From a virus (taxonomy: Duplodnaviria; Caudoviricetes), in the IMG/VR virus record IMGVR_UViG_3300028549_000963, positions 1,749 to 65,748 of that record: 64,000 bases of DNA; one strand, written 5' to 3'. The notes beneath the pieces are model-generated. The model was not told the origin of the DNA and did not search any database. It saw nothing but the letters and a program-made list of their open reading frames with translations. This document shows positions 1-9,438 of this stretch, one piece after another. Position 1 is the stretch's first letter; every line of letters begins with the position of its first letter. Position numbers and translations under genes: made by a program.

Positions 1-2722
1 TGGGGGGAAAACTGATAAATACGTTCGTTGCACCAGTGGGAGCATTCCCAGAGAAGGTGACACTGGTTAGTGCAACGCAATCTCGGAAAGCCTCAATACC
101 TATAGTTTCTAGCTTCGGCAGGTAGATATGAGTCATTCGGTCGCAGAATACAAACGCATAATCTCCTACAGACGTGGCATTGGGAAAGGATAAGTTTGTC
201 ATGCTTCCCCCTACAAATGCATCTACTCCGATATTCACCACATTAGGTAAAGACACACTAACTAACTGCACACAATTATAAAATGAGCCTATGTTCTTTA
301 TGTTGTTTCCTCCGCTGATAGAGATGATAGGCTTGTTGACAAAAACACTATTTGTAATCGCTGTCACAGGAAGACCATCCAGCATATCTGGGATAACAAC
401 CTCATTGGAGCCTGTGTAGTTAGTGATGGTGATCTCTCTACCGTCGCTCGTCCACGTCCAGTTGGTCGAGGAGAGGGGGTTTTGCCATGCGGAGAATGTG
501 AGATTAGTTGCCAACTTTCCAGATTGCATACCGACCGTGATTGTGGTATCTGTTCCGACCTTACCTTCAAGCGTCGTCTGGAGGTTCGTCCCTGCTATCG
601 TCACGCTGTCGCCGGTGAAGCGGCCGGCCGAGACTGTGTTGGTGCCTGCGGTAATGAGACCGGGGGTGTACCAATTCAGGGCTTCAGCCGTGTCGCTGAA
701 GTAGAGCCCGCGGTATGCCCAGTTAAGGGCCGTGATGTTCGAGGCGTCATAGAGGTCCCGGCTGGCCCAGTCTAATGCGACGGTTCCGTTAAAGTCATCC
801 CCGGTGCGGGTGATCAGCGTACGCGCTTCCCAGTCGATTGTCTTTCCATAGTTACCGGAACCCGTGGAGATGAGGTGGTGGCCGACCCAGTCGAGAGAGG
901 CGGAGACGTAGTCTATCAGAGTGCCTGAGCCTATGTCCAGGGCATAAAGCCCGGCCCCGGCGGTGAGCCCGTAGGAGGAGTCGTGCCAGTCCAGCATCAA
1001 AGTCCCGTTGGGGGCGTATAACTTGCGCCCGTCCGGATCTACGGAGGCTGCGGAGTCTGCGGAGGTGAGGACGTTCGTGCCGAGGTTGACGGCCGTCGTG
1101 GCGCCGGTGTAGGGGACGAGGTTCGTGTGCGCCAGGATGTTCGTATTGTGGACGTTGATGAGGCCGAGCGTGGTGTTCGTGGAGTTAATAATGGCGGCCC
1201 AGAGGCCGTTCGTAAAGGAGAGCAGGGCGGTGCGGTTGGTGACGGCCGCGATGACGGTGTCGACGCGCGTGACGCCGATCTGGGAACCTGCCTCGAGGGA
1301 GGTGTAGTACGGGTTCCCGCCGGAGGTGGCGTCGCCGGCGAAGAAGCCCGGGAAGTATGCCGTCGAGGTCTGGTTCGAGAGCACGCCGGCCGCCGGGGTT
1401 ACGACGGCGCTGAGGAGGAGGGCCTCGTTACCCGATGCGTAGTACCCCTGGGTCATCGTGCCGGGGGTGCTGTAGTAGTAGGCGCCAGAGTACAGGCGGC
1501 GCCACGCGACAGTTACCCGCGAGGTAACATTGTCCAGATACTGCGCGGAGGAGACGAACGCCAGTTCGGTGTCATCGACTGGGGTGGAAGCCGGGAAGAC
1601 AGCGCCGGTGTTCGGCGGTACGTAGCAGAAAATAGCGTTCGTGGCGCCTGTTACGGCATTCGTGGTGAATGCAGGGACCAGTGTCGACCCCGCTACGGGT
1701 TGGTGGTCGGTGTCGTAGCCTATGCCGGCGGTGACGGAGAGAGGCGCCGTCGACCAGGCATACCACTGGTAGTTGGTGTAGGGGGCCGTGACGCTGACTT
1801 GGTAGACGACGTTGGATGTATATTCCAGCCAGGAGTAAACCGGGTTGTAGTGGTCCACCAGACGGGCGGTCATCGCCGCGTTGTTGGTGTCCGTCAGGCC
1901 GTTGAAGAGTGCGAAGGCGTAGGCGCGGTCCAGGGCGTCCTGCGAGTCGACGTAGGCTGTCCCGGGCAGCGCCGTGACGTACCCCTGCAGGGTGGTGATC
2001 GAGTTGAGGTTTGAAAGGGCCTGCGCATAGGCGGCGTCCCAGGTCGGGCGCAGCTGTTCGAGGACGTTTAGCCTGGAGTTATTGGTGGCGGCCATATTAT
2101 AGGCGGCCGTCCAGGAAGGCGAGAGCCCGTCTATGACGCCGAGGCGGGCGGAGTTGGTCTGCGCGATCGCAAGGGCCGAATCCCAGTCCGCCGTGCGTCC
2201 GTTAAGGATGGCGATGGCGTTATTGTTCGTAAGTCCCATGGCGTAAGCCGCGTCCCATAGGGGCGATGAGGCCCGAAGGGCCGCGATTAAGGAGGCATTC
2301 GTCTCGGAAAGGGCCAGCGCCTGCGCCCAGGAGGCCGAAAGACCCTGCAAAGCCGCGATCGCGTTGCCGTTCGTGAGGCCCATCTGGTAGGCCGCGTCCC
2401 AGAACGGGACGGAAGCCACGAGGGAGGCGAGCGAGGCGGTGTTGGTGACCCCGGCTTCATAGGCCTGGGTGATTAAGTTGGTGAGGGCTTCAAGGGAGGT
2501 GACCCTCGGGCCGAGGGCGACGCCCACTGCCGCGGTAGACGCCGCCGCGGAGGCGGTGAGGGAGGCGTTCGAGAGGGTCGTGAAGCCGAAAGGGTCGGCC
2601 CGGGACCACATCGGCTGCTCATAGGGGACCCCTTCGAGTACGACGAGGCGATTCGTGGGGATCTGCGCGACGGCGGGGAGGGCTGCGAGCAGTAAAGTCG
2701 TGAAGAAGGTGCGGATGCGCAT
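1..2722 (-). CDS. Large adhesin/tail-fibre-like protein (3'-partial, >907 aa): signal-peptide-like N-terminus, WDAAY heptad-like repeats, LDW repeats, C-terminal BspA-type (LRR_5) leucine-rich repeats
   Basis: GGAGG RBS then ATG at 2722. My manual translation found no stop down to position 1, and the ORF track omits it, presumably because it runs off the edge. Starts MRIRTFFTTLLLAALPAVAQ; ends ...VVIPDMLDGLPVTAITNSVF...IGSFYNCVQLVSVSLPNVVNIGVDAF...LPKLETIGIEAFRDCVALTSVTFSGNAP, typical TpLRR/BspA repeats. Confidence 0.8.
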   Translation of the reverse strand, partial: MRIRTFFTTLLLAALPAVAQIPTNRLVVLEGVPYEQPMWSRADPFGFTTLSNASLTASAAASTAAVGVALGPRVTSLEALTNLITQAYEAGVTNTASLASLVASVPFWDAAYQMGLTNGNAIAALQGLSASWAQALALSETNASLIAALRASSPLWDAAYAMGLTNNNAIAILNGRTADWDSALAIAQTNSARLGVIDGLSPSWTAAYNMAATNNSRLNVLEQLRPTWDAAYAQALSNLNSITTLQGYVTALPGTAYVDSQDALDRAYAFALFNGLTDTNNAAMTARLVDHYNPVYSWLEYTSNVVYQVSVTAPYTNYQWYAWSTAPLSVTAGIGYDTDHQPVAGSTLVPAFTTNAVTGATNAIFCYVPPNTGAVFPASTPVDDTELAFVSSAQYLDNVTSRVTVAWRRLYSGAYYYSTPGTMTQGYYASGNEALLLSAVVTPAAGVLSNQTSTAYFPGFFAGDATSGGNPYYTSLEAGSQIGVTRVDTVIAAVTNRTALLSFTNGLWAAIINSTNTTLGLINVHNTNILAHTNLVPYTGATTAVNLGTNVLTSADSAASVDPDGRKLYAPNGTLMLDWHDSSYGLTAGAGLYALDIGSGTLIDYVSASLDWVGHHLISTGSGNYGKTIDWEARTLITRTGDDFNGTVALDWASRDLYDASNITALNWAYRGLYFSDTAEALNWYTPGLITAGTNTVSAGRFTGDSVTIAGTNLQTTLEGKVGTDTTITVGMQSGKLATNLTFSAWQNPLSSTNWTWTSDGREITITNYTGSNEVVIPDMLDGLPVTAITNSVFVNKPIISISGGNNIKNIGSFYNCVQLVSVSLPNVVNIGVDAFVGGSMTNLSFPNATSVGDYAFVFCDRMTHIYLPKLETIGIEAFRDCVALTSVTFSGNAPTGATNVFISFPP

Positions 2723-2738
2723 GGCGGGTCCTCCGTAA

Positions 2739-3314
2739 TTATGGGGTGGGGGCGGAAGCCGAGAGCAGGGCTGCCAGGAGCGCGGCGAACCGTGCCTCCC
2801 GTGCGTAGGCGTCGTTCGTCGGCATAGCGGAAATAGGGGTCAGCAGGGCGTACAGGGTGGCCTTCGGGATGTAGTCACGCGGGAGAACCGTGGCGCCGGC
2901 GTTGGAGTAGTGCGGATTCGAGAAGAACCGCAGGGTGCAGTCCATGAATATGCGTCCGTCTACCATTGAGGCCATCGCACGCACGTCAGCGTAGTCCATA
3001 GACTCCAAGGTAGCGGCGAGTGCCTGCGCTGCGGGGGTGTTCAGGGTGATATTCTGATACGCACGGTCCGAAGTGCCGGGGATCCAGGCGAAAACGGAGT
3101 CCTGGGCGACGGGGGCGGCGAGCGCGTTACCTTCGGAGTCGTAGATACCGAAGAGGATCTCGGCGGGTTCGACTATTCCGGGAGGTGTGGCGAGCACGAC
3201 TGTGATAGCGTCGCCGAAATGGAGTGACGCAGTGCCGTCCGGGACGCATGACATGGAGTCACGCCCGCAACGAAGGGTTAAAGTGGAAAATCCATCGGAG
3301 TCGTAGGCGTTCAT
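2739..3314 (-). CDS. Hypothetical, probably structural (baseplate/tail-associated) protein
   Basis: ORF track 2739..3359; start revised to ATG 3314 because a sigma70-like promoter overlaps the longer start. Directly upstream of the adhesin-like gene. Confidence 0.6.
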   Translation of the reverse strand: MNAYDSDGFSTLTLRCGRDSMSCVPDGTASLHFGDAITVVLATPPGIVEPAEILFGIYDSEGNALAAPVAQDSVFAWIPGTSDRAYQNITLNTPAAQALAATLESMDYADVRAMASMVDGRIFMDCTLRFFSNPHYSNAGATVLPRDYIPKATLYALLTPISAMPTNDAYAREARFAALLAALLSASAPTP

Positions 3315-3324
3315 AGTGCATACA

Positions 3325-3353
3325 ATAGTAGCACGGATTGACGGCGTGTGCAA
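3325..3353 (-). promoter_or_regulatory. Sigma70-like promoter (near-leaderless) for 2739..3314
   Basis: Minus strand TTGCAC (3353-3348), 17-nt spacer, TACTAT (3330-3325); ATG lies 10 nt downstream of the -10 box. Confidence 0.55.
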
Positions 3354-3373
3354 CAGCAAATTACAGAGAAATT

Positions 3374-3676
3374 CTACCGGGTGCCGGTAAGTGTTTTCCT
3401 CTGCGTGAGCCGTGGCTGGCGTTCGTTGACTGGGAGACCTCCGGACATCGGGTCGCGGGCCAGGAGGGACTCGTCGTAACGGCAGACCTTTACAAATACC
3501 TGGAACCCTTTGGTGGGCTTACGGTCTGTGATGACGAAACCGGCGTCCTGCTCAGTGGAACAGACGGCGGGGTCTTTCTCGAATACACGGGCGGCACGGA
3601 GGTACGCACGAGCCAGCGTGACGTCAGTGGCGGGGGTGTAGCGGATGCGTTTCGTTTTGGTAGTGGTCTTTTTCAT
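3374..3676 (-). CDS. Small basic hypothetical protein
   Basis: AGGAG RBS before ATG 3676 (MKKTTTKTKRIRY...); in frame with track ORF 3374..3712. Confidence 0.65.
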   Translation of the reverse strand: MKKTTTKTKRIRYTPATDVTLARAYLRAARVFEKDPAVCSTEQDAGFVITDRKPTKGFQVFVKVCRYDESLLARDPMSGGLPVNERQPRLTQRKTLTGTR

Positions 3677-3702
3677 GATAGCTCCTGTTGTTAATGGGAG
3701 AG

Positions 3703-3731
3703 ATCTTAGCACTGCTGGCGGATTATGTCAA
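3703..3731 (-). promoter_or_regulatory. Strong sigma70-like promoter
   Basis: Minus strand TTGACA (3731-3726), 17-nt spacer, extended TGn-TAAGAT (3708-3703), upstream of the RBS of 3374..3676. Confidence 0.7.
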
Positions 3732-4079
3732 TAGGGGGCCCCCTTTCGGGAGGGGGCCCGCCCCGGGTGGGGGCCTTATATACTACTTGATGGGGGTCGA
3801 TTGGCATTTCGCTGGAAAGCTCGCACGTGCGTGGATTAGAGCATGCGCTGTGCAGCTGGGTGGAGGCGAGACCGATCAGTGTCGCGTGTGACTCGTAACT
3901 CCCCACCCGCTCCAAACAAATTCATCTGTGGATACACAGAGTCCACCTGCGAGAGCAGCCAGGCAAGTGCCTGTGTCTGCATCGAGCAAGCATGCCAGTC
4001 TGGCTGGGGCTAGCTAGGTATGACACAACAACGCTACTGTGGGCAGAGACAGCCTGGATAGACAGGCAAGGAGACTACC

Positions 4080-4658
4080 ATGACGACAGACACAACAATT
4101 AAGACAATCGACGCAGTGACATTCGTGAGCTGCAAGGTACTCAGCGTCCCGACAACTGGCTGGCTTGCCAAGGCTCTAGCTGGTGAGGCGATCGAGTACA
4201 GCATCATCATCGACGGCCTCGCCGATGTGATGGCGGGGGAGAAGATCACGCGCGCCCAGGCTAAGGTACGCATCGCGGGTAAGCGCCGCAGTTCGCTGAA
4301 TGGCGCGCTCAAGAGCTGGGACTATGTCATCAAGTCGGGGTTCAACGACGTCACCAACCTCGCTGAAGGCGTCACGCCTCACACGGCCATACACGCCTCT
4401 GACGCGACAGCTGATGTCTCCAACGACACGCTGCTGCTCGGCGCCGTGCTGAAGGGCGAGTTCAAGCCCGGCAAGCGTGTGATGATCACCAACCTCGACG
4501 TCGCTGAAACCGAGACGTTCATGCGCAAGAAAGGCGAAGAGGGCTTCCGTCTGATCCTGGCGCGCAGCAAGACGCTGTCCTCGGAGATCTTCGTGGTCGA
4601 CGCCCCCGTCGTGACGTTGAAAGCGTCTGACATCGGCCTCAATGACGAGGAAGTCTAA
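4080..4658 (+). CDS. Hypothetical beta-rich protein with acidic tail, paralog of 5328..5975
   Basis: AAGGAG RBS; alignable blocks with 5328..5975; ends DIGLNDEEV. Confidence 0.8.
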   Translation: MTTDTTIKTIDAVTFVSCKVLSVPTTGWLAKALAGEAIEYSIIIDGLADVMAGEKITRAQAKVRIAGKRRSSLNGALKSWDYVIKSGFNDVTNLAEGVTPHTAIHASDATADVSNDTLLLGAVLKGEFKPGKRVMITNLDVAETETFMRKKGEEGFRLILARSKTLSSEIFVVDAPVVTLKASDIGLNDEEV

Positions 4659-4707
4659 CAACTGATCGCGCCCCCGGGTAACCGGGGGCGCGCACTGAGG
4701 AGGTGTT

Positions 4708-4896
4708 ATGGACATCAAAGAATTTATCAAGATACAATGCGGCGGATGCACATGCCGCAACCCCGGTAGCGAGGTATGCTGGTTCATGTGCGGCGCGGAC
4801 GGCAACGTCTGCAGATACTCATGCTTCCTGGAAAACGGGGAGACGACAGTGACGATAACAGAGGAGGGAGAACTTCTATGCACATCAAAGATCTAG
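4708..4896 (+). CDS. Small Cys-rich hypothetical protein
   Basis: GGAGG RBS; CGGCTC, CWFMC and CRYSC motifs. Confidence 0.55.
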   Translation: MDIKEFIKIQCGGCTCRNPGSEVCWFMCGADGNVCRYSCFLENGETTVTITEEGELLCTSKI

Positions 4897-5063
4897 CGGA
4901 CGCCTTCCAGGCTAAGGCCCAGGCGCACTGGGGCAAGGATCAACCGGATCTCGCAGGTAAGGCGCGGTCTATCGCGGTACTGCTACTCGACTACGATAAC
5001 GCAGTGACGGCGCAGGAGAATATGGATGAGTACATGAAGCAAGTGCCGCACAGGCCCTGCTAA
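4878..5063 (+). CDS. Small hypothetical protein
   Basis: GGAGGG RBS before ATG 4878; followed by a terminator-like hairpin. Confidence 0.55.
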   Translation: MHIKDLADAFQAKAQAHWGKDQPDLAGKARSIAVLLLDYDNAVTAQENMDEYMKQVPHRPC

Positions 5064-5067
5064 CATG

Positions 5068-5095
5068 AATAGGAGGCCCGCAAGGGCTTCCTATT
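5068..5095 (+). terminator. Terminator-like hairpin
   Basis: AATAGGAGGCCC-GCAA-GGGCTTCCTATT, 12-bp stem with GNRA loop; short U tract. Confidence 0.55.
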
Positions 5096-5327
5096 TAGAG
5101 CCCGACCGATTCGCCGCCGGGGCGGCACTGGGACGACATACCCGGGTGGGTCAGTTCATAGCCAAGGCATGCGACCGGTTTCAGTGCCCGCCCGCCCTCC
5201 CATCCTCGACCCCGGTACCCGGGGAAACAAATACAACTGAGTAAGTAGGTGACGAGTGTCACCCAACTGCTAACTATTACGAACATATCGCGATACCAAG
5301 CGTACCGCAGAAAAGGATACACACAAC

Positions 5328-5975
5328 ATGAAAGCAAAATCAATCTCAATCGACTTCCCCCGCGTCGAATCCGTGCCGGAGCAGAACTGGCGCGACAAGA
5401 TTAAGGCGGGTGAGCTGCCGAACTACAGCTTCAGCGTCTCGGGGCAGTCCCTCGTCACGCTCGAGGATGGTTCGTGCACGCGGCTGGACGTCCAGTTCCG
5501 CATCAAGGGCATCAAGCGGACCAACTCGCTTAACGGCCTGCTGGACAAGACCAGCTGGAAGTTCCAGCCCCCGCGCAGCGCGACGCTGGCGAAGGCCGCG
5601 ACGAAATCCGTCGTGCGTGACGGCGGCAAGGTCGTGGAAGAATTCGACCTCGCCGATGACGGCAAGTTCAAGTTCGACGAAGCGGGCTTGAACTACGACG
5701 ACGCCTGCCTCGGACTGCCCCTGCTGGGCTATCACGTCCAGGGCAAGACGCTCGTCCTTGAAGGCGCAGCGTACGAGGCCAAGAAGGTCCCCACGCGCGA
5801 CGGCTCGCAGAAAATCATCCTCGAGGTCTCGTCCGTCGACGGCCTGCAGGTGATTGACACCCCCGTCATCAGCGGCTCGATCGTCGCCGACGAGGACGAA
5901 GCCGAAATCACGGGCGTGGTCGCCGCGGCGGCTCGCAAGGGCAAGGCCGTGCCGGCCACCCTCGAGATCAAGTAA
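5328..5975 (+). CDS. Hypothetical beta-rich protein, paralog of 4080..4658
   Basis: AAAGGA RBS; shares SVP..W..K..AGE..YS, RI.G..R..SLNG.L and V.D.PV blocks with 4080..4658. Confidence 0.8.
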   Translation: MKAKSISIDFPRVESVPEQNWRDKIKAGELPNYSFSVSGQSLVTLEDGSCTRLDVQFRIKGIKRTNSLNGLLDKTSWKFQPPRSATLAKAATKSVVRDGGKVVEEFDLADDGKFKFDEAGLNYDDACLGLPLLGYHVQGKTLVLEGAAYEAKKVPTRDGSQKIILEVSSVDGLQVIDTPVISGSIVADEDEAEITGVVAAAARKGKAVPATLEIK

Positions 5976-6365
5976 CGCAGCACACCGCAACAGCGGTGCC
6001 CCCTTACCTCGCACGTAAGGGGGCACCGTACCAACCGAGGCAATGCTATGTCACGTCATACCATCTCCATGGGCGGTGTAGTCCTTACACGCGCCGAAGC
6101 GATCGTCCCAATCGACCGCTCAGCCATCAAGTAGCACGACGGCACGCACGGTACCCCAGTACCGTGCGTGCCCCCTTTTACAGCCCGACCCGTAGGGCCC
6201 CCAGTCACCGCGGCACGTACGATACGTACGGCACAACCTTTAAAACAAAACCATACGTCACGAGGGGCACGAGGGTGCCGCACGAGCCGTGGACGGAGGG
6301 TGACGCGGAGCGCAGGGATACGGGGGTCACGTACGAGCCGTGATTGAAGACGGACGCGGAGCGCC

Positions 6366-6897
6366 CCGTGACAAAATGTCACACCTTACAATTTTTACTA
6401 ATAGGCCAAAAATATAGCTAATCGATATTTGGATATCGATAAAACGATATCGATATCCAAATATCGATTAACTTCCTTAAGATTTTTAATTTATGTACTT
6501 TCCCTGCAAATCATGTACTTTGTATGTACTTTCAGATTTGCTATAAACTCTTTAATAATAATTACTTATATAGTTCTATGTACTTATGTAGTAAATTCTA
6601 TATTGGTTATGTAAATTTAAAAAAGGCCTATTTTGAGCTATATATGTATGTATATGTGTATTGTAGAACTTATAGTTCAGACTACATAAGTACATAGACC
6701 CCCGCAAGTGCCTCTCCCAGAAGGACTTATGGCTGATTTGAAAGTACATAGAAAGTACATGAGGTACATTGGCCCTTTTTAGGGCTCTTACGGCACTTTC
6801 GGCACCCTCGCCACCCCCGTGCCGCTCGCCACCCAGCCACCCCGAGGGGCTCCCCCGACACCCCCGAGTATCTGATACCGTGACAATTTGTCACACC
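6366..6897. other. AT-rich origin-like region with inverted ATGTACTT iterons, flanked by two palindromic boxes
   Basis: Non-coding and AT-rich. ATGTACTT at 6493, 6513, 6524, 6578; reverse complement AAGTACAT at 6688, 6742, 6753 (AGGTACAT at 6762). CCGTGACAA(A/T)(A/T)TGTCACACC at 6366-6385 and 6878-6897. Confidence 0.55.
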
Positions 6898-6999
6898 CCC
6901 TTTTGACCCTGAAACGCAGGCCTATCCCGCGCCCCGCGCCCTGCGTCCGACCCCCTTTACCGACCCCTCTTAGGAGGCTCATCATGAAAGGATACGACT

Positions 7000-7227
7000 A
7001 TGCTAATCAAAATGCCAGACGACTCGTGGCTCGACCCACGAGCCGTGAAAGCTATATACCACAACACCGACGAAAAGGTTGTATACGCCCACGTCGGCCC
7101 ATCTGAAGAAATTCCGTTCTTCCCACCCCACTGCAAGAAGTTTGAAAACTCCCCAGAGCCCACGCTCCAGGAACTCTCGGACACGATCGTAACACTCATC
7201 AACAACGAACTCGGGAGACGAGTATAA
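7000..7227 (+). CDS. Hypothetical protein
   Basis: AAAGGA RBS; compact spacing before 7239. Confidence 0.65.
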   Translation: MLIKMPDDSWLDPRAVKAIYHNTDEKVVYAHVGPSEEIPFFPPHCKKFENSPEPTLQELSDTIVTLINNELGRRV

Positions 7228-7238
7228 CTGAGGAGACC

Positions 7239-9194
7239 ATGAAAATAACGACAAAAGAATGGTTTGAAACCTTCCCGGAGCCCTGGCGCACCCAGGCCCT
7301 CGCAAACCTGCGGGACAACCCGTTCGATGCGGACTCGGGAGGCCGCCTGCACGAAACCCCCGCCGGAGCGTTGGATAACGCCTTCGACTGGGCCGAAACC
7401 ACCGAAGACGATGACTACTGGGCCGAGATCCACAACGGCCTGCTGGAAGATCCGGAGTATCTGCACCGCAAAGCCGCAGCCGAGCAAGGCAAAGCCGATA
7501 CAATGCACGGTACAGTGCACGGTACAGTGCACGGTATCCCTCCGGTCATGCTCAAAGTGGCCCCCGACGGAGAGCGGAGGTCGAACTACGACTGGCTGAT
7601 GACACTGCCCGAGCCTCACAGGTCCCGCGTCTTTCGCGAGACCGACAAGCAAGGGCGTACCGAGGAGCTCAAAGAGTCCGTGAGTCCCTCGCTCGGGCAG
7701 GCCCTCATGGGTTGCTGCGCCTGGCCGGACGTCGGATTCGCTTACTGGGACCGGCTGCAGCAGCACTGCGCCAACTCCCCGGGCGAGCCGATACCGCCGT
7801 CGATCAGCCTCCTCTATAAAGGAAAGGACGATACGTCTATGGAAATGAAGGTACGCGACTGGTTCGGCATGCTGCCTATGCCGATCTATGACTACGCGAT
7901 AAACGCATCGCGCGAGTCTCATAACGGCGACGCGGGGCTCGAACGTGACGCCGGCTCCCTCGGGCTCGCGCTTGACGCCGGTATCAACTGGGGCGGCACG
8001 GATGAGGGACGGGATTACTGGGAGTTCCTCAGCACCAAGCTGGATGACAACCCGGAGCTCATCCACGACGAGGAATTCCTCGACGAGGCCGAAAGCCTGC
8101 GGGAAAACAGGGGTCAACGAACGCTGGACGGATGGCTGAAGTCCATGCCGGAACCCTATCGCTCGGCCGCATACACGGCCGTCACCGACCAGGGTAAGCG
8201 CGACCGCCTCCATGGCAACAACTATGGCAACCTCGCAGACGCCCTTACTGGCGGCTTCAGCTGGGGGACAGCGGAAATCATGCCCGGCGTCGTAGTCCGG
8301 GACTGGTCGGGGATCGTAGGACGGGTTCGTAAGAACCCGAAGTATCTGGATGACCTGGTAGCCGGCGTGCTCGCAGAGAGAGCACCGGCAGGCGCGCCGA
8401 AAGGAACCTCCGCTAAGAAGGTCCTCACCGGCGACCACACCATGGAACAATGGCTCGACGCCATGGTTCCGGAGCCTTTCCGTTCCATCATCAAGGCGGA
8501 GAACATCCGCCAGAAGATGAACGAAAAGCTACGGCATTCGTACTACCGGCTGTGCGACGCCTTTTCAGGCGCGTTCTGCTGGACAGAAACGCCGCAGGGC
8601 GACGCCTACTGGCGTACGATCCACACCAAGCTCAAAGATAACCCCTCATACCTGCTCGAAAATGCCGAAAAGTATCCGGCCGCGCAGGAAACCGTATCAC
8701 CCACCATGGCCGCAGTGGCCGCAACAGAAAAGGAAGACACAATGAGAAACGCAAAGTATTCGATTCAGAAATTGATCAGCAAGGCCAAAACCGAACTGGC
8801 TAACAACCAGAAGGCGCTCGAACTCCGTGCGAAGGCCGAGAAGGAATTCGCCGAGTTCGCGAAGCTGGTCGAGGAACGCCGCACGGCGGACCGCAAGACG
8901 GCGGCGCCCGACGGCACCTACGTGCAGACGTTATGCACGGCACCCGTGCTGGCTAAGGACCTGCAGAAGGCCCTCCCCGAAGGCGCGAAGGTCCGCGACT
9001 CGCATAGCGTCTGCGTATACGTCAAGGTCCCGCGCGTGACGGACTACACCGCGCGCCTGAAGGCCGCGATCACGGATCTCGGAATGGTCTCCACCGAGGA
9101 GATCGAGTACAACGAGATCGTCGAGTTCCTGTTGCAGGACTTCTCCTGCTACAACGGCGCGACGCAAGATGACAAGACCGTCGGAATCATCTAA
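7239..9194 (+). CDS. Repeat protein: five ~70-aa W..PEP....A(F/C).W...G..YW repeats plus a C-terminal coiled domain
   Basis: GAGGAG RBS; repeats begin at TKEWFETFPEPW, NYDWLMTLPEPH, VRDWFGMLPMPI, LDGWLKSMPEPY, MEQWLDAMVPEPF; paralog at 13868..15124. Confidence 0.85.
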   Translation: MKITTKEWFETFPEPWRTQALANLRDNPFDADSGGRLHETPAGALDNAFDWAETTEDDDYWAEIHNGLLEDPEYLHRKAAAEQGKADTMHGTVHGTVHGIPPVMLKVAPDGERRSNYDWLMTLPEPHRSRVFRETDKQGRTEELKESVSPSLGQALMGCCAWPDVGFAYWDRLQQHCANSPGEPIPPSISLLYKGKDDTSMEMKVRDWFGMLPMPIYDYAINASRESHNGDAGLERDAGSLGLALDAGINWGGTDEGRDYWEFLSTKLDDNPELIHDEEFLDEAESLRENRGQRTLDGWLKSMPEPYRSAAYTAVTDQGKRDRLHGNNYGNLADALTGGFSWGTAEIMPGVVVRDWSGIVGRVRKNPKYLDDLVAGVLAERAPAGAPKGTSAKKVLTGDHTMEQWLDAMVPEPFRSIIKAENIRQKMNEKLRHSYYRLCDAFSGAFCWTETPQGDAYWRTIHTKLKDNPSYLLENAEKYPAAQETVSPTMAAVAATEKEDTMRNAKYSIQKLISKAKTELANNQKALELRAKAEKEFAEFAKLVEERRTADRKTAAPDGTYVQTLCTAPVLAKDLQKALPEGAKVRDSHSVCVYVKVPRVTDYTARLKAAITDLGMVSTEEIEYNEIVEFLLQDFSCYNGATQDDKTVGII

Positions 9195-9258
9195 GATTCC
9201 CCGGCACCCGCCCTCGCCACTGCCCCGCAAGGGGTACGCGCGGGCAATCCCACTTTCT

Positions 9259-9361
9259 AATGCCGGCCGAAGAAGTACATTGACGGATAAGCTCTTTCGG
9301 GGGCCCCGTGCGTGGCTTGTTGAGGCCGGCTCCACTGACTTACGGGTACGACACCGGCATT
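9259..9361 (+). ncRNA. Candidate three-way-junction structured RNA
   Basis: Closing helix AATGCCGG(9259-66)/CCGGCATT(9354-61); internal arms CCGAAG../..TTTCGG and CCCGTG/TACGGG; intergenic. Confidence 0.45.
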
Positions 9362-9438
9362 CTCTCCCTTATGGGAGGGGTATAAGCTCTCCTCGTTTTA
9401 TCTGGCGAAACGCCAGACATACCCACCACTTTCCTACC

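Noticed and set aside
6368-6894. Palindromes as matS, parS or CRP sites
   Set aside because: Spacing does not fit: matS has 3 nt between GTGAC and GTCAC (here 5), CRP needs TGTGA-N6-TCACA, and the parS consensus is absent.
6957-8450. 497-aa minus-strand ORF
   Set aside because: Antisense shadow of the Trp-repeat gene 7239..9194.
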